A stretch of DNA of 64,000 nt from Escherichia coli (lineage in GTDB: Bacteria > Pseudomonadota > Gammaproteobacteria > Enterobacterales > Enterobacteriaceae). The stretch lies in assembly GCF_050320075.1 (NCBI RefSeq), contig NZ_CP190021.1; one strand, written 5' to 3'. Shown here piece by piece: positions 59,407 through 64,000 of the stretch (position 1 is the stretch's first letter; each line of letters starts with the position of its first letter). The translations under genes and the position numbers were made by a program. Below the pieces are notes generated by a model. It was not told the DNA's origin. It saw only the letters and a list, made by a program, of their open reading frames with translations, and made no database searches.

Positions 59407-62400
59407 TCATCGGCCGGGGCTGTGGGAGAGATCCTGATGCAGAGTTTTTTCCTGCCTGTCCTCCGGCTTTTGGCTGTTGGACCACTGCTGCCATGACTGC
59501 TCGAAGCCCAGGTTCCGGTACAACGCATCAGGTTGTTTTTCCGGCGTGTAGACAGCAGCAAAAAGCGGTTCTTCCCGGGTTTTCAGATGAAACTGCATAA
59601 GCTCCGGTGCGGGGCGATTCGTGCTGTCAGCATCGTGGTTTACCGCTTCACCATAACCTGCAAAGCGTAAACCTTTGTCGGTCAGCGCATTGATAACCAA
59701 CTGACTGTTGTCGGCCGATGGGGTGGCCAGTGCCGGATACAATGTGCCGTTCAGCCGGACCACACCCTGCAGATGTTCATCGGCACTCTGGACAAGTAGC
59801 AGGTTGAGTTCACGCGTATCCTTATCCACTGATCCCAGAACAGGTGTCAGCTTGTCAGGGGCTGCGCTGGTTATTTCTGTTACCTGATTTGCGTTCTGTG
59901 GCGCGGAGACCGGATGTCGGTCTTCACCGATAAACAGATGTGAGCCGACGTTTTCTGGCATACGTAACGCTTTCATCTCTTCGGGCCACCCCTGGCTGAT
60001 TTGCGCAGCCACTTTCATAAAGGTTTCGACCGGAATCGCCTGAATACGCTGACCTTTATCCGGATTATCATGTGATACCGAGATCCCGTTGGTAACTGAC
60101 TCCATGGACCACTTATTCCGGAAACGTGCTTTTTGCTCACCAGGGAGAATGAATTGTTCGCGGTTCTGAAGTGTCAGTGTCACCACGTCACCTTTCTGAT
60201 GGTTTTTGACCAGACTTTCCAGTTGTTCCCCCCAGTAGAGTTTGCTGCCACTGCGGTTTTTAAGCTCAACAAAGAAACTCTCTCCTTTGCCGGGTGCATA
60301 TTCAGCACGACCAAAATTGTGCAGTACGGCAGTCACGCTCTCTCCCGGGCGAAGTTTTCCTGGTGGTTCTTCACCTTGTGCCGCATCTGCCGTTTTGCCA
60401 GGTTCAGCCGGTGATGATGCAGGGACGGTGCTGACGGTTGATGCTTCAGGGGCAACTGGGGACGCCGGGGATTGTGTGGCTTCTTTTTCCTGAACGGGGT
60501 CAGGGACAACCGGTTGTTCAGGGGTATTCCGGTTAAGTTCCGGCGTTGGCTGATGGGTGACAACAGCATCCTTACCGACAGCCATTTCCTTACGTAATGT
60601 ATCGAGCTCCAGACGCTGATCAGCGTGTTTCATGCGCACATTGATGTTGTGCTCGATAATCAACCGCATCGCTTTTTGCTTAAAGGCATCACTGCCTGTC
60701 AGCTCAATGACGCCACCATAGAAATTAGTGGCCACAGCAAGTGCGGCCAGAACACTGCGATCGTCATTGCTGGCACCGTCGACCATTTCCAGCCGGTTTA
60801 CCCGGTCAATGAAGGCTGGTTTGCCATCCAGCTTGTACAGGACGGTTCTGTCTGCTCGTTTTTCACCCTTCAGTGATTTTATGATTTCGTCCAGATTAAG
60901 CGATATCGGTGCATCAGGACGTTCCGGGGCGTAGACAATACTGTCAGGTGTCGGTGTGGTCGTCGTGGTTTCCGGTGAGGGCGTGGGATCACTGTTCTCA
61001 TGTGCCTGTGAATCCGTTTTTTTACGCGTAAAAAAGCCACGCGCTTTGTCGAGAAACGATGAAGTATTATCAGAAGGTGATGTGCTCTGAACAGGTTGCT
61101 GTGGATTGGGTTCATCCCGGACAGCCGGTTCTGCAGTATCTGTTGTGGCCTGAAGTTCTGACTCATCTGCCTGAACGTGGTCTGTGTCCGGTTGCGACGG
61201 CATATCACTGTTTTCCTGCAGATGCTCAGGATTTTCATTGTTCATCAGCTCCTGATATGCGCTGTAGTTTTCGTATTCTTCGGGGCCATCTGACTCAGGA
61301 AGGAACGGCTCTGGCTGAAGGGGAATGTCTTCAGTTACATGGCTGACCGCCTCTTCCCGGGGAGTATCCGGGGATATTCCGGTGCTTTGTTTGTCATCAG
61401 GCTCCGTCATCACGGTCATTTCCTCTTTGACTGCATCAGGGGAAGGTGATGGCTCGGCTGATTCATTCATGGTTTCAGATGAGGGACTGTCTTCAGGGGA
61501 TGCGGGGGCGGCAGCAGGGGCCGGTATTTCAGGTGAAGTGCCGGATTCCTGTTGTGACTCGTTTTTTTCCGGTTGTGACAGTTCGGCTTCAAATTCACGC
61601 CAGTCTTTATCTGTGGCCACCGAGACAACTTTTTCCGGAGGTTCCGCCGGATGAGCGGGTTCATCAGGGGCAGATGCCGTTGTACTTTCCGGGGACGCCG
61701 GTGATTCTGCAGGGGAGTCCTGAACTACAGAGCTTTCCGTTTGCGCCTGAACGTTATCAGCGTGCCGCTCATCTTTGCCGTTATTTTCAGTGGCGTGACT
61801 GGTAAATGACTGTGTTTCGTCAGCAATGTTACTGCTGGAAGCAGCTGGTTGTTCCTGCTGCGTGGCGGACGGCAGAGAAGGTCCCTGGTCATGGCTGTGC
61901 CCTGTATCGGGTGATGTTTCAGGATATTCTGTCGGAGTCATGGTTTTTTCCTCAGTGTGGACCGGTGTAAAAACGAGGTTGCCGATCACCAGTGCCTCGC
62001 GGATTTCCGGGGTGTTACTGTTGGGGGTGGAAACCCCGATGTGTTCTAACTGGGCGTTGATGACATGCTGAAAAGCGGCCCGTCCCCGGCTTGCGTCCAG
62101 GTCATTGAAATCGGTCAGCCCCTGCGCTTTTTCGGCATCGGTGAACGCAGGAAAGATGACCGTTCCTCCTGTCAGTTCTGCGGCTTTTGTTGCACTGACG
62201 ATACCTTTGTTAACCCGGATTGCATGATCGTTGTCGGCACAGAAGATAAAGGGGCTTTGCGTCCACTTTTGCCGGGCATTTTCGGCAACGGCAATCATGT
62301 TGCCTCCATCCACCGTCATCAGTACCGGAAGGCCCGTGGCTTCGTGCAGGGAGGCCGCAGTGGCATAGCCCTCGGCAAACAGTACCGGCTGACCGTTGCG

Positions 62401-63174
62401 CGGTGTGCCCAGCGCAAACCAGTTACCGGTTTTCTCTGAATCTTTCAGGATGCGGGCATCCTTCCCCCCGGTGACCGGAATACGCTGGTAAGAGCGTATC
62501 GCGCCGTTACGGTTACTGAAGGGAATAACCAGTTCATTTTTGTTGTTTACCCGCACCCCCGGTGCAGCCTGAATGCCTTTCCGGGTCAGGTATTCATGTG
62601 CTGTGGCCTGCGGCCATTTGTTGACATAGCGGCGGGCATACGCGGCCTGTCGGTTGTACTGTGCTTTCAGTTCCCGCTCCGCGTCCTCCCTGCGTTGCAT
62701 TGAATGCGCTTTCAGGTGGAGTCTTGCGCGGGGATCTGTCTGTTCTCCGCCGGAGAAGGTCCAGGTGATCGGCGAATCATCCGCGCTGCGATAATCCCTG
62801 TACCAGCCGGCAGGTCTGCCGTCCAGGAATCCGCGATATGCGCCACTTTTTTGTCCTTTTTTGTCATCGGCAGTCGGGACACGGTGGATTTTCCCGTCCA
62901 TGACCGGCAGTTCTTTCAGAACCAGTCCGGCATTCTCCAGAACCTGGGCAAACTCGGTGACCGGATCACTGCCGTTCATGGAGACGTCCTGTGGCCGGGG
63001 CAGCCAGCGGTCCAGCCTGGACAGGTCCGCCCCCGGGCGGGCGAACCAGAGTTTGTGCTCCTTGTCCCAGATGACGGGCGTGTGCCCGTTCATCGGGGGA
63101 TGTGCTTTTTTGAGATCTTCTATTTCATCTGCAGGCACGGCAAGCCAGGTGCGGTAGCGGGATACAGACGGCAT
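59407..63174 (-). CDS. sogL: SogL DNA primase (SogS expected from an internal in-frame start)
   Basis: Start at MPSVSRYRTW gives 1255 aa (track ORF 59407-63210 is 1267 aa); long P/E/S/T-rich low-complexity linker. Confidence 0.85.
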   Translation of the reverse strand: MPSVSRYRTWLAVPADEIEDLKKAHPPMNGHTPVIWDKEHKLWFARPGADLSRLDRWLPRPQDVSMNGSDPVTEFAQVLENAGLVLKELPVMDGKIHRVPTADDKKGQKSGAYRGFLDGRPAGWYRDYRSADDSPITWTFSGGEQTDPRARLHLKAHSMQRREDAERELKAQYNRQAAYARRYVNKWPQATAHEYLTRKGIQAAPGVRVNNKNELVIPFSNRNGAIRSYQRIPVTGGKDARILKDSEKTGNWFALGTPRNGQPVLFAEGYATAASLHEATGLPVLMTVDGGNMIAVAENARQKWTQSPFIFCADNDHAIRVNKGIVSATKAAELTGGTVIFPAFTDAEKAQGLTDFNDLDASRGRAAFQHVINAQLEHIGVSTPNSNTPEIREALVIGNLVFTPVHTEEKTMTPTEYPETSPDTGHSHDQGPSLPSATQQEQPAASSSNIADETQSFTSHATENNGKDERHADNVQAQTESSVVQDSPAESPASPESTTASAPDEPAHPAEPPEKVVSVATDKDWREFEAELSQPEKNESQQESGTSPEIPAPAAAPASPEDSPSSETMNESAEPSPSPDAVKEEMTVMTEPDDKQSTGISPDTPREEAVSHVTEDIPLQPEPFLPESDGPEEYENYSAYQELMNNENPEHLQENSDMPSQPDTDHVQADESELQATTDTAEPAVRDEPNPQQPVQSTSPSDNTSSFLDKARGFFTRKKTDSQAHENSDPTPSPETTTTTPTPDSIVYAPERPDAPISLNLDEIIKSLKGEKRADRTVLYKLDGKPAFIDRVNRLEMVDGASNDDRSVLAALAVATNFYGGVIELTGSDAFKQKAMRLIIEHNINVRMKHADQRLELDTLRKEMAVGKDAVVTHQPTPELNRNTPEQPVVPDPVQEKEATQSPASPVAPEASTVSTVPASSPAEPGKTADAAQGEEPPGKLRPGESVTAVLHNFGRAEYAPGKGESFFVELKNRSGSKLYWGEQLESLVKNHQKGDVVTLTLQNREQFILPGEQKARFRNKWSMESVTNGISVSHDNPDKGQRIQAIPVETFMKVAAQISQGWPEEMKALRMPENVGSHLFIGEDRHPVSAPQNANQVTEITSAAPDKLTPVLGSVDKDTRELNLLLVQSADEHLQGVVRLNGTLYPALATPSADNSQLVINALTDKGLRFAGYGEAVNHDADSTNRPAPELMQFHLKTREEPLFAAVYTPEKQPDALYRNLGFEQSWQQWSNSQKPEDRQEKTLHQDLSHSPGR

Positions 63175-63263
63175 GAGTGCTTCTCCTGAAAAAAGACGGA
63201 AAAAAACCACCGCCGGAAGCCGGGGGTGGCTGGGGGGATAGAAAATCGGGGGAGAAATGTTTG

Positions 63264-63815
63264 TCAGGGTTTCCAGTCTGTACCCTTATTCCAGCGATCC
63301 TGCCAGTGTTCAAGATATTGTGCGGCTACATCCGGCATATTCTTGAGCACAACGACATTCTCTGAATTCTTGCGTGCAGCAGCACGAGAGAAGTTATAGG
63401 AGCCAGTTTCAACCGTGTTTCCGTCAACAATGATGACTTTGTCGTGATGGATGGGGAAGGCATCTACAGTCCGGAGAGGAATGTCCAGCAGGTTGATATA
63501 TTTCATCGCTTCCTGACTTGCCCGGTTCGTATTCCCCTTGTCATCAACAACAATACGGACGTCCACTCCGCGTTTTTTCGCTTTTGCCAGCGCATGCATT
63601 ACATCCGGGTCGGTGAAGGAATATGCCATCATCCTGATGGAGCTTTCCGCACTGTTGATTGTGTCAAGCACCAGAGCGGATGCGCTTCCTTCAGGAGAAA
63701 AGCCGACCTTCACGGATGGCGTGTCGATCATTGCAAACGATGGTGTCGTGAACAGTAACGGGCATGCCAGTAGCGATACCCGGAGCAGAGTAACGATAGT
63801 TTTTTTACCTGACAT
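63264..63815 (-). CDS. nuc: Nuc endonuclease (phospholipase D superfamily)
   Basis: Start at MSGKKTIVTLL (signal peptide) inside track ORF 63264-63998; HxK motif in PIHHDKVIIVDG. Confidence 0.85.
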   Translation of the reverse strand: MSGKKTIVTLLRVSLLACPLLFTTPSFAMIDTPSVKVGFSPEGSASALVLDTINSAESSIRMMAYSFTDPDVMHALAKAKKRGVDVRIVVDDKGNTNRASQEAMKYINLLDIPLRTVDAFPIHHDKVIIVDGNTVETGSYNFSRAAARKNSENVVVLKNMPDVAAQYLEHWQDRWNKGTDWKP

Positions 63816-64000
63816 AAAGACTCCAGAATTTAATCGAGGCCAGTCCAGTCTCGTGGTGATTCCGTATGGTGGCGATACCACCATGGACGACCGGAGGCGA
63901 TGGCCCCTCTCAGAATGCTGAAAATGCGTGTACAGATAGTCCTGACAGTCCAGCCTGAACGGTCGAGAATAACGAAAAATAAAATGATGCCGGTGCAAAT

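Noticed and set aside
60133-62439. Plus-strand ORFs antisense to sogL
   Set aside because: Embedded in the sogL coding region; low-complexity translations
1-64000. tRNA, rRNA or CRISPR arrays
   Set aside because: No cloverleaf-like conserved tRNA motifs, rRNA-like segments or regular repeat-spacer arrays seen on either strand by eye; not exhaustively computed

Overview
This window reads as a contiguous segment of an IncI-complex (IncI1/R64-like) conjugative resistance plasmid; all calls are from reading the sequence and ORF track and from memory of protein families, with no database search run. Layout: (1) replication gene repZ (5' end probably upstream of the window) and the yacABC operon (RelB/RelE-like pair plus DEDDh exonuclease-like gene); (2) a ~8.5 kb IS26-driven resistance mosaic at ~3625-12117: Tn21-type 38-bp IR, merR 3' remnant fused to a truncated tniA, Tn4352-like IS26-aph(3')-Ia-IS26, mph(A)-mrx-mphR(A), an IS6100 remnant and a third inverted IS26 that truncates a backbone gene; (3) maintenance genes: a tyrosine recombinase with candidate res repeats, a ParA/RHH partition cassette flanked by TGCAATCTTGC iterons, a ParM/ParR-like cassette, and an impC-like remnant behind a consensus LexA box; (4) a ~16.5 kb leading region (18.0-34.7 kb) transcribed toward oriT, carrying an orphan beta-class DNA methyltransferase operon, KlcA/ArdB-like and ArdA anti-restriction genes, ssb, a ParB-like protein, psiB-psiA, an Rpn (YhgA-like) nuclease-family gene with a possible intragenic small ORF and a duplicated free-standing copy of its C-terminal module, an HTH regulator with twin palindromic operators, and several unknown ORFs, interspersed with two families of long non-coding repeats that I interpret as single-strand (Frpo/ssi-like) promoters; (5) oriT-nikA-nikB and the Dot/Icm-like transfer block trbCBA, pndCA (hok-like), excA, traY to traL, sogL primase and nuc, all on the minus strand. 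The most interesting candidates for undescribed biology are in the leading region, chiefly the Rpn-like module at 31.0-32.9 kb and the methyltransferase operon at 19.7-21.9 kb. No rRNA, tRNA or CRISPR array was seen.
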